Both the position numbers and the translations under genes were made by a program. 57,998 nt of DNA, taken from the NCBI GenBank assembly GCA_002256025.1, contig NKIB01013413.1, forward strand, positions 1 through 57,998, read 5' to 3'. Source of the DNA: Asterionella formosa. Lineage: Eukaryota. Shown one piece after another: positions 1 to 10,787 of this stretch (position 1 is its first letter; every line of letters starts with the position of its first letter). A model generated the notes under the pieces. The model did not search any database. It saw nothing but the letters and a program-made list of their open reading frames with translations, and had not been told where the DNA came from.

Positions 1-312
1 AAAACAAAAAATGAATGGCTCAACCGCCCAGTGTCCTCATTCCTCACCGACAAACACACCACCACGACAGACAGCACCTTGTTGTCAGCTTGGCTGTTTG
101 AACTTGGCAGTTGCACGGCCACTCTCCATCCATCAGCCACCCAGCAACATTGGCTTGTGGTTGGTGATCATCGCCTGGGATACCACGCAGGTACGCTCTT
201 GTCGTGCCCTGCACACTGATGGGAAACTCGTATACCGTTATGTAGCACCTCTACCCAGTAATTGACATAGTATCAGGCTCCATTTCTTCGACATACCTGA
301 AAGCAACTCATC

Positions 313-1101
313 ATGTCCGAAGACGAAGCTGATTACGCCATCGACTCCGCCGATGCCGGAGCCTCCGACACCATCCCCATGGAAGCTGGGCAGATCAAGA
401 AGGGAGGTGAGTACGCAGAATTGGCTTGTCTGCGTGTGCACTATACTGTAGTCTACGTGAAGGCATTCTGGCCACGGAAAATGGACTGTCTAATGCTGGT
501 GGTGGGCAGTGCCAAACTATTGCGCTGATTGCGAAGGTCACGTTGTCTTGTTGTGGTACCACTATGATGTGACCCGCTGGAATAACACACGGGAAACTCG
601 TTCGACTTCGCCATGAGCTGAGATTCATCCGGAACCTAAATGCATTTCATTCCAACTCTTTCAACATGTGCACTCACGTTCTCTACACCTTGGTTACCTT
701 ATTCGATTCACGTGTTAGGGTACATGATGATCAAAGGAAAGCCTTGCAAGGTCCTTAACATCTCCGTGTCCAAGACGGGAAAGCATGGTCACGCTAAGTG
801 TAACTTTACCGCTACCGACATCTTCACTGGAAAAAAGCTGGAGGATATGATTCCATCCACCCACGGTACCACCGTCCCTATTGTCAGCAAAACCGATTGG
901 GAAATCATTGACATTGATGGAAACGAACTCACCCTTATGGACGAAGGAGGTAACCAGAAGACTGACCTCAATCTTCCTACTTTCCCTGAAGAACTAGCTG
1001 ACGAGATCCGTGACGCATGGGATGGTGGTGAGAACAGTGTGATGGTCACAGTCCAGGCTGCTGTTGGCATTGAACAGATTATTTCCTACAAGAAGGCTTA
1101 A
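313..1101 (+). CDS. eIF5A: Translation factor eIF5A; exons 313-406 and 719-1101
   Basis: GT-AG intron 407-718 joins ...QIKKG-G-YMMIKGKPCKV in frame. The hypusination motif SKTGKHGHAK is present. Confidence 0.97.
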
Positions 1102-1535
1102 ATCTTCAACTTCGAAGACCACCCAAACCATCCAAACACTCAAATAACTCTTACACCGGGCAAACATATCTATCTGTACTGCAGCTGTAGGACAAGTAAT
1201 GTAAACTACATGCGTCGGATAACAATTTTAGCAATTCAACGATCGCTACACGAATGCATCTTCAGTCGTTGATGCATCCAGCTTGCATCCTCTCTTTTTG
1301 TTTTAGATGAATCGAATAGTTTGCACTAAGTGACGCAGTTGACGTTTAGTGGGAACTGATGGTCTTGGTTGCCCATTCGATTGTGGACAGCGACACATGT
1401 TGTTTTTGCCAGGGCGAATTCGAACGAGAAAGCATCTGAAATGGACTCGCAACATTTATCTTGCGACCCTTCTTGCGGTCTACCTGCAGTTTGTGATGTC
1501 TTCATCAAGTTGTCTATAGTTATCGAAAGGACAAT

Positions 1536-2738
1536 TCATTCTTTGCCTTTACCATACAAGTGCAATTGCTCATACTCATCAGCTTGAGACAGTTTCTTTG
1601 CTGCTTTCTCATGCAGTTGCTTGCGTTCTGTCTCGTCCTTTCGCAGCAGCTCGTCAAATGCTAGCTTTTCGGAGGGACTCATCACATATGGTGAAAACGA
1701 CTCGCCTGGAAACTCCCCACTCTCAACATCAGCCTTGAATTCCAACAACCCCTGCTGGATAGTATGCCCAACCTGCGCATATCGCTTACAAAATTTTGGA
1801 ACAAACTGCTCGTGATGCGGATGCGACAACATGCCTAGCATGTCGTGAAATACCAAAACTTGCCCGGACGTGGCTCCACCTGCGCCAATTCCAATTGTGG
1901 GAATCTCGAGTGTTTCGGTAATGGCAGCGGCAACGTTGCTTGGAATGCACTCAATAACAACTGAAAAAGCACCTGCATCTTGCAATCGCAAAGCTTCATC
2001 AAGCAGCGCACGAGCCCGGTTCGCCGTTCGACCTTGAGCTCGGAACCCACCAATCACACTAATGGCCTGAGGTGTAAGGCCAATGTGCCCCATGACGGCC
2101 ACACCTCCTTCAACGATCTTTTGAACAGTTCTTGCTCGAGCTTCGCTTCCTCCCTTTGGTACAAGAACCCAGGGTCGATCATCGGTCAGTAACAAATAGG
2201 CGAAACCAACGAAGGTCCACTTCTAAGGAAAAGAGATACTCACCTCCAACTTGACAGCATCACAACCGGCTTCCTTCACAAATCGGTATGCATTGCGTAG
2301 GGCCACATCTGTATCTTCAAATTCATAAGTCCCAAAGGGCATATCACCAATCAACAAAGGCGAGGGTAAACCTGCGAATGCGATCCCTCTTCCGACGGAG
2401 CGACAATGGTGCAACATGTCCTCCATAGTCATCGGCTGGGTTGTGTCATGACCTAGCTCCACCATTGCCACCGAATCTCCCACCAAGATCATATCTACAC
2501 CGGTTCGGGCCACATGAACAGCAGAAGGATAGTCGTAAGCGGTGACCATGGTGATTTTCTCTCCATGGCGTTTCTTCGATGTCAATGATAGGGTCGTAGT
2601 CTTTTTCGAGAAGGATCGAAGCCTTGAAACTGACTTCACAACATCTCGTGCTCCAGGAGGGGATCTCGCTATTTTTGAAAATATTTGGAAGCTGCTTCCA
2701 CTGTTGCAGCACTTGAAGCCTACTTGTGCGAGAAACAT
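1536..2738 (-). CDS. panB: Ketopantoate hydroxymethyltransferase with probable mitochondrial presequence; exons 2738-2244 and 2153-1536
   Basis: Motifs ITMVTAYD, ILVGDS, IGDMPFGTY, AVKLE|GG, VMGHIGLTPQ, IGIGAG and GQVLV..DMLG. The 90-nt GT-AG intron 2243-2154 restores the frame. The N-terminal extension is R/S/K-rich. Confidence 0.95.
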
Positions 2739-3869
2739 GCTGACGTTGTATTGGTAGTTGACTACCGGGAGTTATGTAGTCTTGCCGAAGCGCAGCTTGA
2801 CACTTGCTGAGAGAGGGGATGTTCCAAAGGGTCCTTCAAGTCTCAAAAGAAGAAAGGAGGAGAAGGGAAGAATCGGCACGATGGTTTGGGCACCTCAAAT
2901 AGCGATATCGCCATTTTCCGACTGAATGCGTCCTCCAGGTGTTTTTCCCTTTGACACCGATTGACGAACAAAGAAAAAATATTTGTTTCACATCATACAT
3001 GATGTTACATCAAGCAGTATTTTACTTTCAACCGGATCCTTTCCGGCAAGGCTGAATTCAGTATTATAGACTGGATTCAGTCTTTAAGTTCAACCCATTG
3101 CCCCTTGTTCAATTCATCAAATATTTCATTTCTGACGAGATAATTTATATTTGCAGAACAGTAGGTTTTCTGGAAGTATGCATTTTAATGAGTTTCTAGG
3201 TTAAAGAAATTAAAAGTTACATGAGAAGCCTGTCTGCAATAATTATCTCAACATTATCTGCATGGGATGGAACGAAAATGAAACTTGACAAATGAGTAAC
3301 GTTGCTGTTGTTTCATGCCTTTTTAAGTACATTCACCCATCGTTGGGTCTGAAATCATCATTTGGATACCACAAAGCATCGTGGGATTGAAAGAATGGCA
3401 GTTTTGCTGAGGGAGCTCAAGAAAATCTTGGGTAAAGTGGCTGGTGATGGCCATTGCAGTCACAGCTCCCAGGACAATGATGGATCATGCTGATATGACT
3501 GAGCCACTGCGGTCACAGCTCCTGGTAGTGTGGATGATGCTGATATGACTGAGCTGTATGAATTCAGGATACTTTACTTCTATGGTGAAGGTGATTATGT
3601 ACTTAAGGAGGATGCAGCAGAAGGGGAAGTGATGTCTTAATCACTCCTTGAACTTGTCAAGTGTACTGGCACCATTCATGATGCCAATGAGCGATGTCAC
3701 CATTCCAGCTGTATTTGTTGATAAAATGTTGAAATGCCCCAGTGCCTGAAAATTTCTTTGTCACAATCAAGTCAGAAATGATTTGTTTGATAATGAGGGG
3801 GGGCATACAGTCAAATGCATCAAATATCAATCCAATACTTTTGTGATTTCTTTTTTTATGTCAACTGCT

Positions 3870-3990
3870 TTCCAGTTGTTTGAACTCTTCTTTTTTTCAA
3901 AGTGTGAAAAATACTTTATTTTTAATCATTAATCAAGAGATAGAGGCCAAACCTGTAACCCATGATGAGCTACTCAAATGGATTGAATAA
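3870..3990 (+). mobile_element. Possible decayed piggyBac-like transposase fragment in an AT-rich spacer (about 2.9-5.9 kb)
   Basis: Frameshifted peptides QLFELFFF... and INQEIEAKPVTHDELLKWI resemble the N-terminal part of piggyBac transposases. Recalled similarity only. Confidence 0.3.
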
Positions 3991-5425
3991 GAAATAGATA
4001 ACATTTATATACACTGGCATATAGTATGACCACTTGCAAGGTGGAGTTTTATGGCATGCTCTGCTCTCGCAATCTTTTTTCAGAGGCATTGGTATTATGT
4101 AACCTTAATACAAAAACGTAGAAGAACTATCGCCTAGAAGATCATCAAATTTGACCGAAAATTTTGAACAAAGAGTTTTGGACTGACCAAAGGCACAAAA
4201 ATTTTCGGGATAGTACACAGGTTGAGGATGCTGACAGTTCCCATCGTCCCCCCCCCCCCAAAGGCCATCATCTGTAGACTAGAAAATAAAGACTTGGAAA
4301 TGTTGTGTATGCTCCATGGGTGTGTTTCGATGCATTGATTCTTGTTTACAAAATTCCACAGAGTCCTTCTAGTCCAGACAGATCTACATCTAAAGAATTT
4401 TTCATGTTGTGAATGGCACACGACTAAATGATAGTAGTTAAAATATCTAATTCTTCTTTGTTACCACCTATAGCCCTTTCTTTCAGGAGAAAAAAGTACT
4501 ACCTAACGATGTATCTTTTTTTCAAAGGAAAGTGTCAAAGTAAAGTGACTTTAAGACTTTTATATATTGAGCCCCAAAGAGAAAATTAAAGCAGCCTACT
4601 AATGAGCGGGAAAGAACCCACAACATATGGGGGGAGGGGGTTGTCAAGTGGAGATCTTGATCCCATTCTACAAATTGTGCTCCTTGTGATATATTCAGTG
4701 TCTACCGGTATATTGGCATGAATGACTATATGAATAATGGATTCAGGTAGTTGTATATAGTATGTTTTATGAACAGTGTACCAGGTAACTACCAGAGTAG
4801 TAGCAGCAAGTTGCGATAAATGTGAAATTTAGCTATGTCGTCCTCATAGGACTAACAACAGTCTTTTCCGCAACTTCCAGGTACTGGGAATCCCGCATGC
4901 TAACCACTCAGCCAATCCCCAAGGTCTCTCTATATATACCCGATAGTAAATTTAAAATTGGTAACTTAATCAGCCAGGGTAGAAAACTGGGGAGTTTTGT
5001 CTCCCCAAAAGATTACAGTCAAGAAAAGAGGACGCTCAATGTTTTCTGACCCTGTGGATAATATGTACATGTGTTCCACAAAGCAATACATCGGTGTTAC
5101 ACTATCAGAGATACACACAGATATGTACGCGCATGTAGAATACAATAATGATTGAACCCTCACACCAATACAAATACATGCTAGTAGGCTACATAGTGGT
5201 AGACTATCTGTATACTCATGTTGTTATGACAGCCTCTAAAGATAAGCATTTATATTAGACTCTTTCCAAAATAAAGTCAATTAAATTGTATAGTATGTTA
5301 GTAAAGCTATCCAATAATCGCACTCAGGCCCAAATAAATGGACACATGTAGTGCCATTTTTATTATTCTGTAACTCACCCTCATCTATCATCATATCCTT
5401 GATGTCATGATACTTGATAGCGTAA

Positions 5426-5485
5426 TGCTTTGTTTGTGTTCCAATCTATTGATTGTGCTTTGTTTGTGTTCCAATCTATTGATTG
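5426..5485. repeat. Perfect 30-bp tandem duplication
   Basis: TGCTTTGTTTGTGTTCCAATCTATTGATTG occurs twice in tandem. Confidence 0.9.
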
Positions 5486-6275
5486 TTTGCCAAAAAATAG
5501 CGCCAATATTATCCTCATATAGAATACTTGATAGGATATTTTTACCACTGGTTACTTTGTTAAGTCACAATAGCAACAAATTTAATTTCTTGTGAATATC
5601 ATGGCATTGCAACATTTTCTGCCTCTGCACTTGATGACATGACTGAAAGTTGGCCCTTGATTGCAAGCTAATCAGTGCACCACCAACAGTAACCAGAAAA
5701 CCTGTACAAGTACTAATTTTCTGGCTTTCCCTATTAGCAGCCCAGTCACTGTTGCCTTAGCCATCATCCTGGATGAGATCTTTTGTAAAACAAATAGCAA
5801 GCAATTAACAAGGTGTCACATGATGAATACCATGATCTCCATTAAAACTATGGCCCTGAGAGCCAGCTAAATTTGTCGGCTATCACATAAGATTGTCAAA
5901 CTAAATTAATCGCTTTTCTAAACAGAAAAGATGACATAAAGGATCAAAAATCCTACCGCAGCCTCAATGGCAAGCGGTAGATGTGTTTCCTTGCGTCGTG
6001 CCAGGTAGTCGTACCAGTTTCCAGGAACCTGGTACTGAGTACCTACTTTCCTTAAGGGTCATTGTCATTTGCTTTTTACTTTGCCCACGTCTTGTCGTTT
6101 TCACGTTCTTGTTCGGAAGACTATACTGTAATAGGCATACTTACATATTATACTGTACGCCAATTAGTCATGATAGAGCCTATGTATTTCAATGAGCAGC
6201 TGAATTGATGACGTTCTCTACTACCGTTACTTACAATGAACTTTAGCGCCTGTCCTGCCTCACGTTGTCTGTTTT

Positions 6276-6292
6276 AGCAAAATGACCGCAAC
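6276..6292. repeat. Isolated arm of the MITE inverted repeat
   Basis: AGCAAAATGACCGCAAC is the exact reverse complement of GTTGCGGTCATTTTGCT at 6388 and 17626. Confidence 0.75.
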
Positions 6293-6380
6293 CTCCTGCT
6301 GCTGTTCATTTTCCTTGCCATACGGAGACTCTATGATGGATGGTACCAGGTACAAGGTACTGGTACCAGGGGTACCTGTA

Positions 6381-6478
6381 CCCAAAAGTTGCGGTCATTT
6401 TGCTTAAATCAACGATTTAATTTTTGATAAAAGCAGCTAAATCTTTAGTTAAGCAAAATTACCGCAACCACTTGCAGG
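6381..6478. mobile_element. MITE copy 1 (Tc1/mariner-type, TA-flanked)
   Basis: TA|CCCAAAAGTTGCGGTCATTTTGCTTAA...TTAAGCAAAATTACCGCAAC(CAC)TTGCAGG|TA. The core inverted repeat is 20 bp with 1 mismatch. Homologous along its length to 17619-17713. Confidence 0.8.
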
Positions 6479-6649
6479 TACTCCGTACAACGCCTCCCGA
6501 GTCTACCCAGAAAACAGCCTTCTAAAGTCATTAAGTGTGAAACGTGACCAAAAGAAACAATTGCATTTAATATACCAGTCTATTATTACGAAGGCCGATC
6601 TTTTGGAGGAGCACTTGTCATCGTCATAATTGTTTCAGTCAACTGTGTG

Positions 6650-9344
6650 ATGATGAAGAAGATCCCGTTTCGCTTCAACCGCAAGAAGGAAGCTTCCACT
6701 CCTGCTGCTCCAGCGGCAGTGCCTCAAGCTCCTCCTGCCACGGATCCACCGAAGAAATCTGTACGTTTTAATTGAAAGCCAGTTTTTCTGTACATAGAAG
6801 GAGATGACCGCTGTGTCAACCGTATGTAACACCGGAAACCGCGAGACACGTAGAATTTGAAGCACAACGATCTTCGTAAAAATTACTTATCGATTGAAAG
6901 GCAATTACGTTTGGAATGACTGTGCGCGACTATGCCGTTCACCATGGCATGGACAACCGAAGTGTTCTCGAGGTTTTTACCCCTCATTGACGCTTGTATT
7001 TTCTCACATATTCCTTTCTACACCTTTGGCATTCGTCCACTGGCAGGCATCCCCAAAGGCTTCACCTCCTCAAGCCGCCTCGGCTCCTGAAAAGAACCTT
7101 GATGCCGTTGAACGCGAGAAGATGATCAACATTCACAACCGTGTCCGACCCCAGCGTGGTCAAGCTGTGTTTGCACAGCCTCTGGATATGACCGGAGAAT
7201 ATATTACTCCAAGTTTCCCCAAGTCAGATGCTTCGATTCAGTTCATCGACAACTCGCTGGCAGATAACTTCATTTTTTCCAGTTTGTCACCTACAGAACG
7301 TCGACTTCTTATTGACGCCATGAAGATGGAAACTCGCCATGCTGGAACTATCATCATCCAACAAGGTGAAGTTGGGGACTATTTTTACGTTGTCGAAGAA
7401 GGTCATGTTAGTTTCTCCGTTGACGGAAACCATGTCGGCTCATGCTCCCGAGGGGCTTCATTCGGAGAGCTTGCCCTTCTCTACAACTGCCCTCGTGCTG
7501 CAACCTGTCTTGCCAAAACCGATTGTCGTCTTTGGAAGGTCGATCAGCAGGCTTTTCGTCATATGCTTGCCAACAACACCGCTAATCAACAAAAGGATAT
7601 CAATGAAGTTCTTCGTAAAGTACCTTTCTTATCAGAGCTCGACGAGCGGGACTTGATCAAGATCTCTGATGCTCTTACCAATGTTACCTTCCCTGCCGGC
7701 GAGCGTATTATCAACAAAGGTGATGTCGGCGAAGTATTTTACATCCTCCGAGAAGGTACTGTCAATGTTCATGACATCGGTTTCGGAGACTGTCGATATG
7801 TCGATCAGGTGCTTGGACCGGGAGATTGGTTTGGTGAGCGTGCTTTGCTCACGGGTGAGCCACGGGTGGCAAATGTTTCTTCCATCAGTGCTTGTTCGAC
7901 TCTCTGCCTTTCGCGTGACACCTTTGAGAAAACCCTTGGTCCACTTCAGGGATTGATTGATCACGCGATGAAGAAACGTGTCTTGATGGGAGTTCCTATC
8001 TTTGCCAACTCACACTTCCAACCCTACGAGATGGCCCGCTTGACGGATCTGGTCACCGAAGTTTCGTTCAAAAAGGGAGAGATCATTGCGGAGGTAGGAA
8101 AAGTTGCTCAGCAGAATCTTTACATCATTCGTACCGGTCGTATTGTGGTTGCAAACGACAACGGCCTCATCAATGCTCTTGTTGAAGGCGATTATTTTGG
8201 AGACAAATCGATCAAAGATCCCGATGATTCCACTAGTAAACAAACCATCACAGTCCAGGCAGATACCACATGTGGCATGTTGACAAAAGCTTCCATCGAA
8301 AGCGTCATTGGGAATATCAACCGTCTCGGAATGCCTTTGCCTCCTGCTATGACAACACTGAACCACTCGATCCGCTTCAAGGACCTTGTGAAGTTTCGTA
8401 TTCTTGGAGTCGGAACATTCGGAAAGGTGTGGTTGGTTAGCCACAAGCGAACGGGCACTCCTTACGCTTTGAAGATGTTGAACAAGCGGGAAATCATTGG
8501 TCATCATCAAGTAGAAGGGGTTATCCGCGAGAAGAATATCATGTCATCTATTGATCACCCTTTTGTTGTGAACTTGGTGTCGACGTTCCAAGATGAGCGC
8601 AGTCTTTACATGCTTATTGAGCTTGTCCAAGGAGGCGAGTTGTTTTCTGTAATTCACACAGAGACACGTGACGGTATTCCAAATGCAAATTCCCGATTCT
8701 ATGCTGCTTGCATTCTTGAGTCATTGAGTCACCTGCATCACCGATCTATCTGCTACCGCGATTTGAAACCCGAAAATATCCTGATCGATGGAAAAGGATA
8801 CTGTGTTCTTGTCGATTTGGGTTTCGCCAAAATTGTCGTCGACAAAACCTACACCCTTTGTGGAACTCCTGAATACCTCGCTCCAGAAATTATTTTGTCT
8901 AAGGGTCACGATAAGGGAGTTGATTTCTGGGCTTTTGGTGTTCTTATATATGAAATGTTGGTTGGCCGTTCGCCTTTCTACTCTTACGGGACCGATCAAG
9001 TTAGTCTGTTCAAGCGTATTGTACAGGTCAAGTATTCCTTTCCTCCTGGTGGCACAGTGAACGAGCCTGCTCAAGACTTAATCCAACGCCTTATTGTCCG
9101 TCGCCAAGCGAATCGTTTCGGCTGCCTCGCGCGAGGCGATATGGATATTCGCGACCATCACTGGTTCAACGTGATTGATGTTGACAAGCTTCTCAATAAG
9201 AAGATTCCTGCCCCATGGGTTCCAAGAATCAAGGACCCTCTCGATGCTTCACACTTCGATTCATACAGGCATGTCGAAAACGAGCCCGTATCCACTAAGC
9301 CGCCATTGACGTCAGCACAACAAGTCCTGTTTAGGGATTTCTAA
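6650..9344 (+). CDS. Cyclic-nucleotide-dependent (PKG-like) protein kinase: three cNMP-binding domains plus AGC kinase; exons 6650-6760 and 7047-9344
   Basis: cNMP cassettes FGELALLYNCPRAAT, FGERALLTGEPRVAN and a degenerate FGDKSIK. Kinase motifs GVGTFGKV, ALK, YRDLKPEN, DLGFAK and TLCGTPEYLAPE. A phase-0 GT-AG intron 6761-7046 links an upstream MMKKIPFRF exon. Confidence 0.92.
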
Positions 9345-9745
9345 AGTTCTTGCTAGGAGCTGCAGGGATGCCTTGAGCAATTACTTTATTGTTTTTCCTC
9401 GAAAGCAATTGAGTTTTTTGATAAGAAAATTCTTGTTCAAAATTCAGTTTATGTTCGTCTAAGGAATCAATCTATTCGATATTGTTGCATGTAACGTGTC
9501 AGTCCTTCTCAAATGTGAGTGATTGTCCACCAGACAAGCCAAGAGAAAGTGAATAGAAAGACTGTGATCTTTAAATGTATTAACATCGTTTGGTCTGCAC
9601 CTTGGCTTGTCATTGAGGTTGTAATCCCAACGCAAACAAAATCTGTATGCCCTCCCATGAAATTTGCGTTGCTAAGGCTTGACCAAAAGTAACTCGTCTC
9701 AGTCCAATAAATCTGGGTTTGTGCTGTTTTTTAGTTGTCTACGCA

Positions 9746-10429
9746 CTAGTAGTGTCCCATAAATGTATCAATTACGAGCGAAAATGCAGCAAATCCTCCG
9801 CAACCCAATGCCGCTGCCTGAGGCCCCGATTTCGCTTGTAAAGCAGCTCCTGTTATGCATCCGCTAAAAACTGGATTCCAGATATCATGCTTGCCTCTAT
9901 ATTTTTCTACCAGACACTCCGACCCTCCAAAGACGCCAGTAATAAAAGCAAAGTTCCGACACCAGTACATCGATTTCTCTGCTGTCGCTCGCATCGTTAA
10001 TTTCATCTGCTCCTTGAGAGGAGCCGTAGGTACTTCCTTTCCATTAATAATGGTCAAAGGCGGCGTCGCGTCACTCATGGCGCCTAGAAAAACTCCCATC
10101 AGCAACCCCATGCAGCCGCCTCCAAAGACGCCAATCGCCGACTTTCCCGCACAAGAGTTCGTGACCCATGTAAAGTCTGGAGGCAGCTCGGCAGGAGCTG
10201 CCGAAGGGTACCAGGGTTGGAAAAATGGAAGCGCTTGCCGTGTGAGGCGAGAGAGGCCCATCGCCTTGTCGTCATGGTACGAAACTTGGCGGTGCAAGGC
10301 GTCTTTGGCTGAGTAGTGAAGGGATGTTAGGGGTGGCTGTGACATAATCAAGTCATAAATCGAGATTTTTGTCCGGATGCTGTTCCCATGGTGGAATCTT
10401 GCCGGTGGTGGGTCGTCGGGAGCGCTCAT
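9746..10429 (-). CDS. TIM22: Mitochondrial inner-membrane translocase TIM22 (Tim17/22/23 family); 5' structure uncertain
   Basis: NSCAGK, GGCMGLLMGVF, NFAFITGVFGGSECLVEKYRGKHDIWN, SGCITGAAL and GPQAAALGCGGFAAFS..ID, including the two conserved Tim22 cysteines. Confidence 0.9.
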   Translation of the reverse strand: MSAPDDPPPARFHHGNSIRTKISIYDLIMSQPPLTSLHYSAKDALHRQVSYHDDKAMGLSRLTRQALPFFQPWYPSAAPAELPPDFTWVTNSCAGKSAIGVFGGGCMGLLMGVFLGAMSDATPPLTIINGKEVPTAPLKEQMKLTMRATAEKSMYWCRNFAFITGVFGGSECLVEKYRGKHDIWNPVFSGCITGAALQAKSGPQAAALGCGGFAAFSLVIDTFMGHY

Positions 10430-10787
10430 CGTGAATACAAGGAGCGAGGGTGGAAGAAACGGGGATGAGCGAAGGCGAGACATGGCAAGACACTCCCCCA
10501 GTCCCGTCTTCGAAACTCGAGGAGTGTCCAAGATTGCTACGTCTGGCCTTCGATGAACCTGATGAAAGGTGTTCGTTCGAAGAGTTTCTATTGTCCACGC
10601 AGATTCTTGGTATGAATGAGCCACGTACATCATTTTATGTAGAACCTCGTAGGAAAAGGAGATGGTTTGCTGTAATCGTTTGCTCCACACAAAACCCGCC
10701 TTTCCGGAACCAAAGATGTAACATAAAACTGCAAAACAAGACAAAAACTGCCGAAGTAAACACAACACTTCTATTAACATCAACAAC

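Noticed and set aside
617..650. GCTGAGA...GAACCT suggests a TPP riboswitch in the eIF5A intron
   Set aside because: The downstream GAT...TAAT...GCG.AGGGA half and the P1 stem are absent, and the host gene is unrelated to thiamine.
6894..7046. N-terminus of the 816-aa kinase ORF as given in the track
   Set aside because: It starts at a non-ATG codon and lies inside the modelled intron 6761-7046.
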